This document shows, piece after piece, positions 1 through 8,838 of a stretch of 22,154 nt of DNA. Origin of the DNA: Candidatus Eiseniibacteriota bacterium (GTDB lineage: Bacteria; Eisenbacteria; RBG-16-71-46; JABDJR01; JAWXBZ01); contig JAWXBZ010000157.1 of assembly GCA_034440375.1 (NCBI GenBank), positions 1-22,154 on the forward strand. The letters run 5' to 3'. The notes under the pieces were generated by a model. That model did no database searches and was not told the origin of the DNA. It saw nothing but the letters and a program-made list of their open reading frames with translations. The translations under genes were made by a program, and so were the position numbers. Within the stretch, counting starts at the first letter, position 1. The number at the start of each line of letters is the position of its first letter.

Positions 1-1496
1 ACCCCGGCCAGCGACCCCGGCCCCGGAGCCGGCATCCGAATGGCCGCCAGAATCTCCCCTGACTTCCGAGGGATGACGGGCCAGAGGAGCGTGGCCGAGA
101 TCCGGACCGACTCGATCAGGGCGTTCATGACGGCCGCCAGCTCCGACCGGTGGGCCGGATCCTTCGCCAGCGTCCAGGGGGCCGTTTCCTCGATGAACTG
201 ATTGGCCCGTCGGACGATGCGGCGGGCGGCCGCAATCGCCTCATCCACTGCGTGCCGGTCAAAGGCCTCCACGTAGTCGAGGCGCGCCTGCCGTGCGACG
301 GCCCGGAGATCGGCTGCTCCTGGGTGGTCGGCCAGAGCGCCGGCCCCGAATTGATGCTCGGCCGGGAGTTCGCCACCGAAGTACTTCTCCGCCATGGCCA
401 CCGAGCGGCTGACCAGGTTCCCCAGATCATTTGCCAGCTCCGTGTTGTAGCGCTCGATGAAGAGGTCCCAGGTGAAATCCCCATCGCGATCCAGCGGCAC
501 TTCCTTGAGCAGATAGAACCGCAGGGCATCCGGCCCGACTTTCTGAGCCACTTCCAGCGGATCCACGATGTTCCCCAGGCTCTTGGACATCTTCTCGCCC
601 TTAAAGGTCACCCACCCGTGTCCGAGGACCTGCTTCGGGAGCGGCAAACCGGCACTCATCAGCATGGCCGGCCAGATGATGCAGTGAAACCGGGTAATGT
701 CCTTCCCGACGACATGCAGGTCCGCCGGCCACCAGTGCTCGTACAGGGCCTTCGCCGCCAACGAATCGTCCCCGTAACCCACGGCGCTCAGGTAATTCGT
801 CAGGGCATCGAACCAGACGTAGATGACATGCCCCGGGTCGGATGGCAGTGGAATCCCCCAGGTCGTGTTGGGGCGGGTCACCGAGATATCGTCCAGGCCA
901 CCCTTCAACACATTGACGATTTCATTCTTCCTCTCCACCGGCACCAGGAAGGCAGGATTCGCCTCATAGTGGTCGATCAGCCGCTGCTGATACCTGGAGA
1001 GCGCAAAGAAGTAGTTTTCCTCTTCCAACCAGTCCGGCGTGGTGTGGTGAACCGGACAAAGCCCTTCCACGAGGTCCTTCTCCTGCTTGTACCCCTCGCA
1101 ACTGACGCAGTACCACCCCTTGTAGTGCCCCTTGTAGATGTCCCCCGCATCCGCCACCGCCTTGAAAATGGCCTGAACCGCGCGATGATGCCTGGGCTCG
1201 GTGGTCCGGATGAAATCATCATGGGAGATGTCGAGCGCCCGCCAGGTCTCGCTGAAACGCTCGGCCATTTGGTCCGTGTAGGCCCTGGGCTCGAGGCCCT
1301 CCTTGCGAGCGGCCTTCTCCACATTTTGACTGTGCTCATCCGTGCCCATGACGAACCAGGTGTCGTGGCCGGCCAAGCGGTGATATCGCGCCAGGGCGTC
1401 CGCAGCGACCTTCTCGTAGGCCGTGCCAACGTGCGGGGCGGAATTGACGTAGTCGATGGCGGTGGTGATGTAGAAGCGGGGGGCGGGGATTTGCAT
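1..1496 (-). CDS. metG: Methionyl-tRNA synthetase (3' end runs off the window start)
   Basis: Not in the ORF track because it is edge-truncated. Manual translation from ATG at 1496 gives MQIPAPRFYITTAIDYVNSAPHVGTAYEKVAADALARYHRL...GTDEHSQ, a Zn knuckle WYCVSCEGY...LCPVH, EENYFFALSRY, GEKMSKSLGN (KMSKS) and the anticodon-domain helix LIESVRISATLLWPVIP. The frame is still open at the window edge. Confidence 0.97.
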   Translation of the reverse strand, partial: MQIPAPRFYITTAIDYVNSAPHVGTAYEKVAADALARYHRLAGHDTWFVMGTDEHSQNVEKAARKEGLEPRAYTDQMAERFSETWRALDISHDDFIRTTEPRHHRAVQAIFKAVADAGDIYKGHYKGWYCVSCEGYKQEKDLVEGLCPVHHTTPDWLEEENYFFALSRYQQRLIDHYEANPAFLVPVERKNEIVNVLKGGLDDISVTRPNTTWGIPLPSDPGHVIYVWFDALTNYLSAVGYGDDSLAAKALYEHWWPADLHVVGKDITRFHCIIWPAMLMSAGLPLPKQVLGHGWVTFKGEKMSKSLGNIVDPLEVAQKVGPDALRFYLLKEVPLDRDGDFTWDLFIERYNTELANDLGNLVSRSVAMAEKYFGGELPAEHQFGAGALADHPGAADLRAVARQARLDYVEAFDRHAVDEAIAAARRIVRRANQFIEETAPWTLAKDPAHRSELAAVMNALIESVRISATLLWPVIPRKSGEILAAIRMPAPGPGSLAG

Positions 1497-1524
1497 GCAG
1501 GAAGTCTGCCTTCTTTTGGGGGGG

Positions 1525-1548
1525 TAACTCCATCGACTGAATCACTTA
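1525..1548. promoter_or_regulatory. Imperfect palindrome TAACT-N14-ACTTA in the metG / block-1 divergent region (possible protein-binding site)
   Basis: TAACTCCATCGACTGAATCACTTA, flanked by GG and G. A similar element lies at 8995-9019. Confidence 0.3.
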
Positions 1549-1683
1549 GGTCGTGGAGCACGCGCCGGATGATCCGTATTCGCCGCAGTTTACGCGTTAA
1601 CCCCGGCAGGAAGCCATGACCTGGCCTGGTGTCCGCTCTCCCCACCAGACCGCTCCAATTTCCAACATCAGGAGGATCTGACC

Positions 1684-4600
1684 ATGTCGCGATCCGTAAT
1701 CGTCATCCTCGCAGCCATCATGCTGTCCGGGACCCTTCTGGCCCTGTCACACACACCTGCCCCGGCCTCGACCTGGGACGGCAAGGCAAAGCTGCTACTT
1801 CATGTGAAGGCCTTGACCACCAAGAGTGCCTGCACCTACGGCAAGCTGACTGACGCCCGACAGGCGAATACGCGGGGGGACGTGTATTCGTATTACCACG
1901 TCTACCTGCTCGCGGCCCGGGGTGATTCACCCGGCGTGGTGGGTGTCAGCACCGGCCTTACGTACGACAATGGATTTCCGAGTCAGATGTATGACTACTC
2001 CGGCGTGGACATTTACGGGTGGACCAACTGCGCCGACCTGGAATTCGTGCAGTCAGGTTGGCCAGCGCCCGGGAGCGGCAACCTGTTGACCTGGAACGAG
2101 TGTCAGGCATCCGAAACCGTTGTCGCCGGATACTTTTATGTCGGCATCTACAGCGCAGCGGAGATGTCGCTGACCTCACTTCCGTCGTCGTCTTCGGCCT
2201 CGGTAATGTCCTGTGACCAAAGCCAACGTCCGCAGACTGTCCTGGCCAGGGCCAACTTCACCAATGGCGCCTTGCCGTACGGCTGCAACCCGGCGCTTGC
2301 CAACTGCACGGATCCACCACCGGCACCGGGCCCGCCACCCGCCCTGGTTCTGGACTATCCCAACGGTGGAACGAATTGGGTTGTCGGTACGATTCAAACG
2401 GTTCGCTGGAGCGGCTCCGCCCGCGCGAACCTCTACTTCTCGGGTGATCTCGGGTTCACGTGGACATCAGTGGGCTCGAACCTGGGAGGACAACCGAGCA
2501 ACAGCTTCCTCTTTCCGGTCCCCAATACCAAAAATGATAACGCGCTTTTTCGCATTGCACCCTATTACCCAACTTCGGACTCCGCCCCGGATACATCCGA
2601 TGCCCCGTTCCGAATCGTCGAGGAGAAACCAACCCCGGCCGCAGCCTGTGTCCTTTCGGCTCAGCGATGGGGGGTTGCAGGAGACCGGCTCGGCTCCGCC
2701 ATGTCGGCGGCCGGCGATGTGAACCGGGATGGCTACTCCGACTTCGTCATTGGCGCACCCTTCGCCGACCAGTTCATGCCCGGCAGTGATACCGGGATAG
2801 CGTGGCTCGTGCTGGGAGGACCCTCGGGAGATCTCGTGCCCGACATTGAATTTCCGTCTGGTGGAGGCATGGGAATGTATGGCGCCGCCGTGACCGGCGG
2901 CGGTGACTTCAACGGCGACGGATTCGATGATGTCGCCGTCGCGGCCACCGGCAACGCCAGCGTGAAAATCCACCTGGGAGCGGCCATCCCGAACGGCTTC
3001 GAGGACTTCGTCATCTCACAGGGCACGCTCGGTTTCGGGAAGGCGATCGCATTCGTTGGTGACATGAACCGGGATGGGTTCGATGAACTCGCCATTGCGT
3101 CGCCCGATGACGGAATGGGTGGGCGGATCGACATTTTTCAGGGCGGCGCCGTGCCGAACGGAGTGGCGGATCTGACGATCACGGGAGCCCAGGCTGGCCA
3201 GGGCCTTGGAAGCTCCCTCTCCGGCGGCCACGACGTCAATGGCGATGGGTACGATGATCTGCTCGTGGGCGCCCCGGGGTTTGACGGCATCGCGGCGGAT
3301 ATAGGCCGCGCCGTGCTCTACTTTGGGGGCATCACACTGAACAGTGTCATCGATTGGGAATTTCGCGGGGCTGCGGTCAGCGACCGGCTTGGCGAGTCGG
3401 TGGCCATGGTTGGCGACACGGACGGCGACGGACGTTCTGATTTCGTCGTCGGTGCTCCCGGATCGGACGCTCGGACCCTCGACGGTGGTCGGGGCTTTCT
3501 TTTCTTCGGCGGCGCGCCGCCGGACATCCTTCCGGACCTGACGGTCGATGGATTGTCCTCGAGGGAGCAACTCGGTGCGGCCGTCGGAGGTGGCGTCGAC
3601 CTGAACGGCGACACCTGCCCCGACTTCGCCTTCGCCAGCCCATTCCTTGGGACGATCGGGACCGGCCGGGTCACGGTGTACTTCGGATCCACCACGCCAC
3701 GCCTGACGGCCGGGCTGCTCATCACCGCGGCTTCGGGGGACGGGCTCCTTGGCCTGAATCATTTTGGATCGACACTGGCATTCGCCCGCAACTTCGACGG
3801 TGACGGCTTCGGCGACATTCTCATCGGTGCCCCCAGGGGAACCGGCCCCGGCGGCGCGGACGCCGGTGATGTTCTGCTCCACGGGACCAGCCGTTACGTG
3901 CTGATGAATCCGAATGGCGGCGATAGCTGGAACGTGGGGGCCCGCCGCACCGTGAACTGGCTCGGCGCGGAGCCGGCCGATGTTCTCCTCTCGGTCGATG
4001 CCGGTGCCACGTGGAACGTCCTATCACAGGCGGTCGGCGGGTACTCGTCCAATGCCATCGCGGTCACCGTCCCACATCTGCCGACCCAGTACGCGATGGT
4101 GCAGATTCGTCCGGATGCCGCCACGGTGAACGGATCGGATCAATCTGCCGCAATCTTCGCCATCACCGCCTCGGTCATTCCGATGAACGTTCAGATAATT
4201 CCGCTGGCTGATGGAAGTGGCCGGACGGTCCGTTGGGAGACCGATCCCCCGGTCGGACCGGAGGGGATCGCCGGGTACCGACTCTACCGGCTTCGCGGTG
4301 AGGGAGACACGCAGGGGCAATCGATCGGACCGTCCCTGATCACGGAGACGGAATTTGTCGATCGCGACCTCGCCGACTGGGGCTACCGGCTGACCGCAAT
4401 GAACCACCTGGCGGAAGAACTCGAGCTGGCTCGCGTGGGAACCGGAAACGCTGCCACGACCCTTCGTATCGCGCCAAATCCGGCACGCGCTGGAACACCG
4501 ATCAGCATTGAGTTCACCATGCCTTTCCTGGCGAATGGCTCCCGATTGAACGACTTCGATGTTTCCATTTTCGATCTCAACGGGCGTCTTGTCCGGAACC

Positions 4601-4761
4601 TTGTAAGGGGCGTTGTCGAAGCCAACAGGGGTAATGTCGAACTCCGATGGGATGGTCTCACCGATTCAGGGAATTCGGCGTCCACGGGACTCTATTTTGT
4701 CCGGGCCAGCGATCCGTACGGGCGATTCGAGGTCCGACAGCGGCTTGTCCTGGTGCGATGA
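1684..4761 (+). CDS. Secreted multidomain protein: signal peptide, Cys-containing N-terminal domain, Ig-like PNGG domain, seven FG-GAP (integrin-alpha-like) repeats, second PNGG domain, FlgD-Ig/T9SS type A-like C-terminal domain
   Basis: 1025-aa ORF with SD AGGAGG at 1670-1675 and a hydrophobic N-terminus. Seven repeats of the type LGSAMSAAGDVNRDGYSDFVIGAP. C-terminus APNP...IFDLNGRLVRNL...WDG...GLYFVR...RLVLVR. Confidence 0.9.
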   Translation: MSRSVIVILAAIMLSGTLLALSHTPAPASTWDGKAKLLLHVKALTTKSACTYGKLTDARQANTRGDVYSYYHVYLLAARGDSPGVVGVSTGLTYDNGFPSQMYDYSGVDIYGWTNCADLEFVQSGWPAPGSGNLLTWNECQASETVVAGYFYVGIYSAAEMSLTSLPSSSSASVMSCDQSQRPQTVLARANFTNGALPYGCNPALANCTDPPPAPGPPPALVLDYPNGGTNWVVGTIQTVRWSGSARANLYFSGDLGFTWTSVGSNLGGQPSNSFLFPVPNTKNDNALFRIAPYYPTSDSAPDTSDAPFRIVEEKPTPAAACVLSAQRWGVAGDRLGSAMSAAGDVNRDGYSDFVIGAPFADQFMPGSDTGIAWLVLGGPSGDLVPDIEFPSGGGMGMYGAAVTGGGDFNGDGFDDVAVAATGNASVKIHLGAAIPNGFEDFVISQGTLGFGKAIAFVGDMNRDGFDELAIASPDDGMGGRIDIFQGGAVPNGVADLTITGAQAGQGLGSSLSGGHDVNGDGYDDLLVGAPGFDGIAADIGRAVLYFGGITLNSVIDWEFRGAAVSDRLGESVAMVGDTDGDGRSDFVVGAPGSDARTLDGGRGFLFFGGAPPDILPDLTVDGLSSREQLGAAVGGGVDLNGDTCPDFAFASPFLGTIGTGRVTVYFGSTTPRLTAGLLITAASGDGLLGLNHFGSTLAFARNFDGDGFGDILIGAPRGTGPGGADAGDVLLHGTSRYVLMNPNGGDSWNVGARRTVNWLGAEPADVLLSVDAGATWNVLSQAVGGYSSNAIAVTVPHLPTQYAMVQIRPDAATVNGSDQSAAIFAITASVIPMNVQIIPLADGSGRTVRWETDPPVGPEGIAGYRLYRLRGEGDTQGQSIGPSLITETEFVDRDLADWGYRLTAMNHLAEELELARVGTGNAATTLRIAPNPARAGTPISIEFTMPFLANGSRLNDFDVSIFDLNGRLVRNLVRGVVEANRGNVELRWDGLTDSGNSASTGLYFVRASDPYGRFEVRQRLVLVR

Positions 4762-4774
4762 CCGGGGGAATGCC

Positions 4775-5899
4775 ATGAACCGTCTGCGATGGATCATACC
4801 GGCGCTGATCGCTGTGGGTCTCGGCATTGCCGGACCTGCCCGGTCGACGGACCTCTACGCCCTTCTCAATACCGGCGAACTTCACCGGTCCCCTGATGGC
4901 GGCGCCACCTGGATGCTCCGCGCCGCCATCCCGGCCGATGCCGTGGCACTCGTGGCCGGGGTAAGCAGCACCCGGCTGCACCTGGCCTCCGAATCCGGCG
5001 AGATTTTTCGCTCGCTTGATTCCGGCGGCAGCTGGGCGGCCATTGGCACGCTCAACGCACCGGATGTGACAGCCCTGGCATTCCGCAGCGACGGACACCT
5101 TCTCGCCCTGACCCGCTCCGGAATTGTCTTTTTCTCCACGGATGACGGCGTAAGCTTCACCGCGCTGACTGTTCTTCCGGCGTCGAACATGGTCAGCCTG
5201 ACCTCGACGCCGGGCGGAGTCCTGTTCGGAGTATCGCGAACCGGAGAGGTATTTCGCAGCGGCGACCTCGGCTCCACCTGGCTCCGGCAGGCTGCGCTGC
5301 CGGTTTCCGACGCCCACGAAATCGTTGCCCGTTCAGGCGATCTGTTCGTAATGAGTCGAAGCGGCCTCCTCAATCGAAGCAGCGACGGGGGAATCACATG
5401 GTCGGCGGCCAGCACATTGAACCAAGTTTACACGGGGGGCCTGGTCAGCACAGCGGCCGGCCTCTTTGCCGCCACCGAGCAGGGACACGTAGCCCATTCA
5501 GTCGTCGGAAACGCCTGGACCTGGGTCGGGTCGGTCAACCAGGTCAGGCTCAGGGCCCTGGCATCGGGCGACCCACAGGTCAGCGGGATTCCAGGAAACG
5601 CGCCACAGCCCCGGCCATCGTTGACGCTCGGTCCGGCCTTTCCAAACCCGGCCCCTGGCCGTTTCCAGGTGGACGCCATTCTCCCCGGTTCGGCCCCCGT
5701 ACGGATGCGCTTGATCGACGCCGCCGGCCGTCTGGTAGCCGAGCAGTTCGAGGCAGGCAGAACCGCCGGTCCTCACCTGCTCTCCTGGCCCCAATCGCAA
5801 TCGTCCTCCTCGGTCAATCGACCGTCCGGAATCTACTGGCTGGAGGTGACCCAGGGAAGTGCGCGTGCGGTGACGAAGGTTTTGCTGCAGGGGCGGTGA
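4775..5899 (+). CDS. Secreted BNR/Asp-box beta-propeller protein with T9SS type A-like C-terminal domain
   Basis: Start re-called at ATG 4775 (MNRLRWIIPALIAVGLGIAGPARS, signal peptide, GGGGG upstream). Six repeats, five with a clear S-x-D-x-G-x-[ST]-[WF] Asp-box (RSPDGGATW, RSLDSGGSW, FSTDDGVSF, RSGDLGSTW, RSSDGGITW). C-terminus FPNP...IDAAGRLV...SGIYWL...KVLL. Confidence 0.87.
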   Translation: MNRLRWIIPALIAVGLGIAGPARSTDLYALLNTGELHRSPDGGATWMLRAAIPADAVALVAGVSSTRLHLASESGEIFRSLDSGGSWAAIGTLNAPDVTALAFRSDGHLLALTRSGIVFFSTDDGVSFTALTVLPASNMVSLTSTPGGVLFGVSRTGEVFRSGDLGSTWLRQAALPVSDAHEIVARSGDLFVMSRSGLLNRSSDGGITWSAASTLNQVYTGGLVSTAAGLFAATEQGHVAHSVVGNAWTWVGSVNQVRLRALASGDPQVSGIPGNAPQPRPSLTLGPAFPNPAPGRFQVDAILPGSAPVRMRLIDAAGRLVAEQFEAGRTAGPHLLSWPQSQSSSSVNRPSGIYWLEVTQGSARAVTKVLLQGR

Positions 5900-5955
5900 G
5901 TTACTGTCACCTTAGTGGCGGGTGCTCTAGGCGCTACTACGGCTCGAAAGATGTT

Positions 5956-6011
5956 TTTATCCTTCCATTAAGGATAAATATGTGTTAATTTCTCCTTTAC
6001 AGAAGGAGAAA
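5956..6011. promoter_or_regulatory. Tandem operator-like inverted repeats TTT(A/C)TCCTT-N5-AAGGA(T/G)AAA with an overlapping extended -10 and SD
   Basis: IR1 5956-5978 is TTTATCCTT ccatt AAGGATAAA and IR2 5989-6011 is TTTCTCCTT tacag AAGGAGAAA. Both have perfect 9-bp arms. TGtTAATTT lies at 5983-5991, and AAGGAG in IR2 is the SD of the ATPase. Confidence 0.7.
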
Positions 6012-6016
6012 AAGCG

Positions 6017-7351
6017 ATGACCGATTCCCTACCCACGCCGCTGAAGCAGGCCCTGACCGCAAAGCTTGCCGAGTCACTGGTGGGGACACTGCCGGCTGGA
6101 ACGCCGCGTCAAGTGCATGGCGCTGTGGAAATGCCGGGCAAGGCGACGGCGGTGATCGGAATGCGTCGGGCTGGTAAAACCACGTTTCTCCATCAGCTGC
6201 GGCGGGAGCGCCTTGAGCGGGGTGTCCCGCGGGAATGTCTTCCCTACCTGAATTTCGAGGACGAGCGGCTCACCGGACTTGAGGCGGGACATCTCAGCTT
6301 TCTTGTTGAGGAGTATGGACGGCGATTTTCGGAGACCCGCAGTCACGATATCGTTACCTGGTGTTTCGACGAGATTCAGGTCGTTCCGGGCTGGGAGCGC
6401 TTCGTCCGGCGACTGCTCGATGAAGGGCGATATGAAATTCTGGTGACCGGGTCGTCCGCGGCTCTCCTCTCCAGGGAGATTGCGACAGCGCTGCGTGGCC
6501 GGGCCTGGGAAGTAAGGATCTTTCCGTTCAGCTTTGCCGAGGCCCTGCGACATCGACAACTGACGATTCCCGGCGACCTCGGAATGCTGACCGGCGCAGA
6601 GCGGGCGCGAATCGAGTCGGCGTTTTCGGACTGGCTCACCGGTGGCGGATTTCCCGAGGCGCAGGGCCTGAAGGACGCCTCACGGCACCAGCTCTTGCGG
6701 GACTATGTCGACGTGGCCATATTTCGTGACGTCGTGGAGCGTCATGGCGTCACCAACGTCCTCGGCCTTCGCTGGCTGGTGCGACATCTGCTTGGCAACG
6801 CGGCGTCCCTGTTCAGCGTGGAAAAATTCTACGGCGCGCTCAGGAGTCAGGGAGTGGCCATCTCAAAAGACACCGTTCACCATTTGCTCGCGCACCTCGA
6901 AGACTGCTTCCTGGTTCGGACGGTCTGGATGGAATCGACCTCGGAGCGCCAGCGGATGGTGAATCCTCGCAAGTCGTATCCGGTTGATTCGGGCCTGATC
7001 CCGTTGTTCGATCGCACGGGTCGCGGCAACACGGGTCATGCCCTCGAAACTGCCGTGTTGATCGAACTGGAACGGCGACGGCTTGAGGTTACCTACGTGC
7101 GGACGCCGGCTGGTCATGAAGTGGACTTCCTCGCGCGTGGCCACGACGGTCGGTCGGACCTGATCCAGGTTTGTGCCGACGCCAGTGACCCGGCGACGGC
7201 CGAGCGGGAGCTGCGAGCGCTGGTCGAGGCGGGTCAGCTGTATCCAGAATCGCGGCGGCTGCTATTGACGATGTCGGCGGATGGCGCTCCACCCGGCTCG
7301 CCGACCGAAGTGATCGTCCGACCGGCTTATGAATGGATGCTGGACGAATAG
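6017..7351 (+). CDS. COG1373-type ATP-binding protein (AAA_14 + DUF4143)
   Basis: Walker A GMRRAGKTT, YLNFEDERL, Walker B CFDEIQ, VTGSSA, LRGR, GGFPE, PRKSYPVDSG, ALETAV and C-terminal EVDFL...LIQV, all typical of the family. Confidence 0.92.
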   Translation: MTDSLPTPLKQALTAKLAESLVGTLPAGTPRQVHGAVEMPGKATAVIGMRRAGKTTFLHQLRRERLERGVPRECLPYLNFEDERLTGLEAGHLSFLVEEYGRRFSETRSHDIVTWCFDEIQVVPGWERFVRRLLDEGRYEILVTGSSAALLSREIATALRGRAWEVRIFPFSFAEALRHRQLTIPGDLGMLTGAERARIESAFSDWLTGGGFPEAQGLKDASRHQLLRDYVDVAIFRDVVERHGVTNVLGLRWLVRHLLGNAASLFSVEKFYGALRSQGVAISKDTVHHLLAHLEDCFLVRTVWMESTSERQRMVNPRKSYPVDSGLIPLFDRTGRGNTGHALETAVLIELERRRLEVTYVRTPAGHEVDFLARGHDGRSDLIQVCADASDPATAERELRALVEAGQLYPESRRLLLTMSADGAPPGSPTEVIVRPAYEWMLDE

Positions 7352-7356
7352 GTCGA

Positions 7357-8838
7357 TCACCTCGAGTGCGGCCCACCCGAAGGCGGCGGATTCCCTTGCC
7401 GTGGCCGATTGCCATGACCGCGGCGGCGCGGGGAACGGCCGGCGAACGGTGTGGGCGCACCGCCAGGTGTTTCCGCAGCACCGGGTTTTGGTGGAACTGG
7501 CGTCCCGATCATGGGGCGCGGTGCCGGCTCGGCTGAACGTGGTGGCTCTGCCGTTGGTGGAGGGGTTGCTCCTTCGGGTAAATCTTCTTGACGAGTGGAC
7601 TGGAAGCCCCCGGATTTCCGTGGATCGCGCGGTTGATAGCGCGGGTTGCCGGTGCCACTGGCGGGGACGGGCCTGGAGGCGGGGCTGGACCTGGCGCTGT
7701 CGGTGCCGCAGCCGCCTTTGGACTCGCCTGATCCGCTCTTTGAACCACAGCCACCGCCGCTGCCGCAACCTCCGGCCGAGCGCGCCTCTCCCCGCCCGGC
7801 ACCACAACCGCCGGCGCTGACATTGCCGCAACCCCCCTGGCCGCCGGCGGACTTCTTCTTCTTGAAGCTCAGGCGGTCTTCGCGAGGGATTTCAGGGAGT
7901 TCAGTGAGAGGAACCCAGTGGCTTTCGCGGTCATCGTCGAGGAGAAAGACACCTTCCTTGAAGATGTCGACCTTGACGACCTGCATGGGGCGATCCTGGT
8001 AGACGAGCTGCGCGCCGAGACGCGGGTAGATCTTCTGCGCCTGCTGGTAGAACTCGATCTCGTAGCGGAGGCAGCACTTGAGTCGGCCGCAGACGCCTGA
8101 AAGCTTGCTGGGCGAAAGTGAGAGATTCTGCTCCTTGGCCATCTTGAGCGTGATCGGAGCAAACTCGCGGATCCAGGTCGTGCAGCAGAGGGGGCGGCCA
8201 CAAACACCGACGCCACCCAGTCGACCGGATTCATCGCGGACGCCGATCTGGCGAAGTTCGATTCGGGTGCGGAAGATGGCGGCCAGATCCTTGACCAGGT
8301 CGCGGAAATCGACCCGCTGTTCGGCCGTGAAGTAAAACGTGATCCGGTTGCCGTCGAACTGGTACTCGACATCGACCAGCTTCATGTCGAGCTTGTGCTC
8401 CAGGACCTTCTTGCGGGCACTCCGGGAGGCTTCCTCTTCCTTGTCGCGCAGGTCGACCACGCGGGCGATCTCGTCCATCGTGGCCCGACGCAGGATCCTC
8501 TTCAGCTGGCTGGGCTTGGTTTCGGGGCGGTTGCCACGCCCTTCGCGCTGATGGTGGCCATCCTTGAGTCGATTGTCTTCGCGCGGGGGAGGCGCATCGA
8601 CGGCCGGGGTGAGGGACGCAGGGACACCGGGTGGCGGAGCCAGGAGCGACATCCCCGCACCTTTCGTCATCGGATGGGACGAAAGAACGACGACCCCGAT
8701 GTCCTCGCCACGATCAGCCTGGACGATCAGATACTCGCCGGTGCGGTACTCGAGATGATCGGCGTTGAGATAAAGCTCGCGGCGCCGCCCCTTGAAGGAA
8801 AGCTCGACGACGTCCGTATTGACGGTTGCGGCAATCAT
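7357..8838 (-). CDS. ricT: PSP1-domain protein RicT/YaaT (Fe-S regulatory subunit) with Gly/Cys-rich and Pro-rich C-terminal extension
   Basis: MKLVDVEYQFDGNRITFYFTAEQRVDFRDLVKDLAAIFRTRIELRQIGVRDE, GVCGRPLCC, LSGVCGRLKCCLRYE. The holB-ricT-metG synteny supports the call. Confidence 0.93.
   Translation of the reverse strand: MIAATVNTDVVELSFKGRRRELYLNADHLEYRTGEYLIVQADRGEDIGVVVLSSHPMTKGAGMSLLAPPPGVPASLTPAVDAPPPREDNRLKDGHHQREGRGNRPETKPSQLKRILRRATMDEIARVVDLRDKEEEASRSARKKVLEHKLDMKLVDVEYQFDGNRITFYFTAEQRVDFRDLVKDLAAIFRTRIELRQIGVRDESGRLGGVGVCGRPLCCTTWIREFAPITLKMAKEQNLSLSPSKLSGVCGRLKCCLRYEIEFYQQAQKIYPRLGAQLVYQDRPMQVVKVDIFKEGVFLLDDDRESHWVPLTELPEIPREDRLSFKKKKSAGGQGGCGNVSAGGCGAGRGEARSAGGCGSGGGCGSKSGSGESKGGCGTDSARSSPASRPVPASGTGNPRYQPRDPRKSGGFQSTRQEDLPEGATPPPTAEPPRSAEPAPRPMIGTPVPPKPGAAETPGGAPTPFAGRSPRRRGHGNRPRQGNPPPSGGPHSR

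Noticed and set aside
1518-1524. G7 homopolymer upstream of metG as a phase-variation tract
   Set aside because: Too short, and unremarkable in GC-rich DNA.
150-1619. 489-aa plus-strand ORF
   Set aside because: Antisense shadow of metG. Long shadow ORFs are expected at high GC and it has no recognisable motifs.
4613-4774. Longer N-terminus given by the ORF track for the Asp-box protein (likewise envC from 16511 and ftsX from 17257)
   Set aside because: The extensions overlap upstream genes extensively. Downstream starts give proper signal or TM N-termini and SD or stop-start coupling.
5895-5913. GGTGA-N7-TCACC hairpin at the Asp-box gene stop as a terminator
   Set aside because: A 5-bp stem with only two following T residues is too weak to call.
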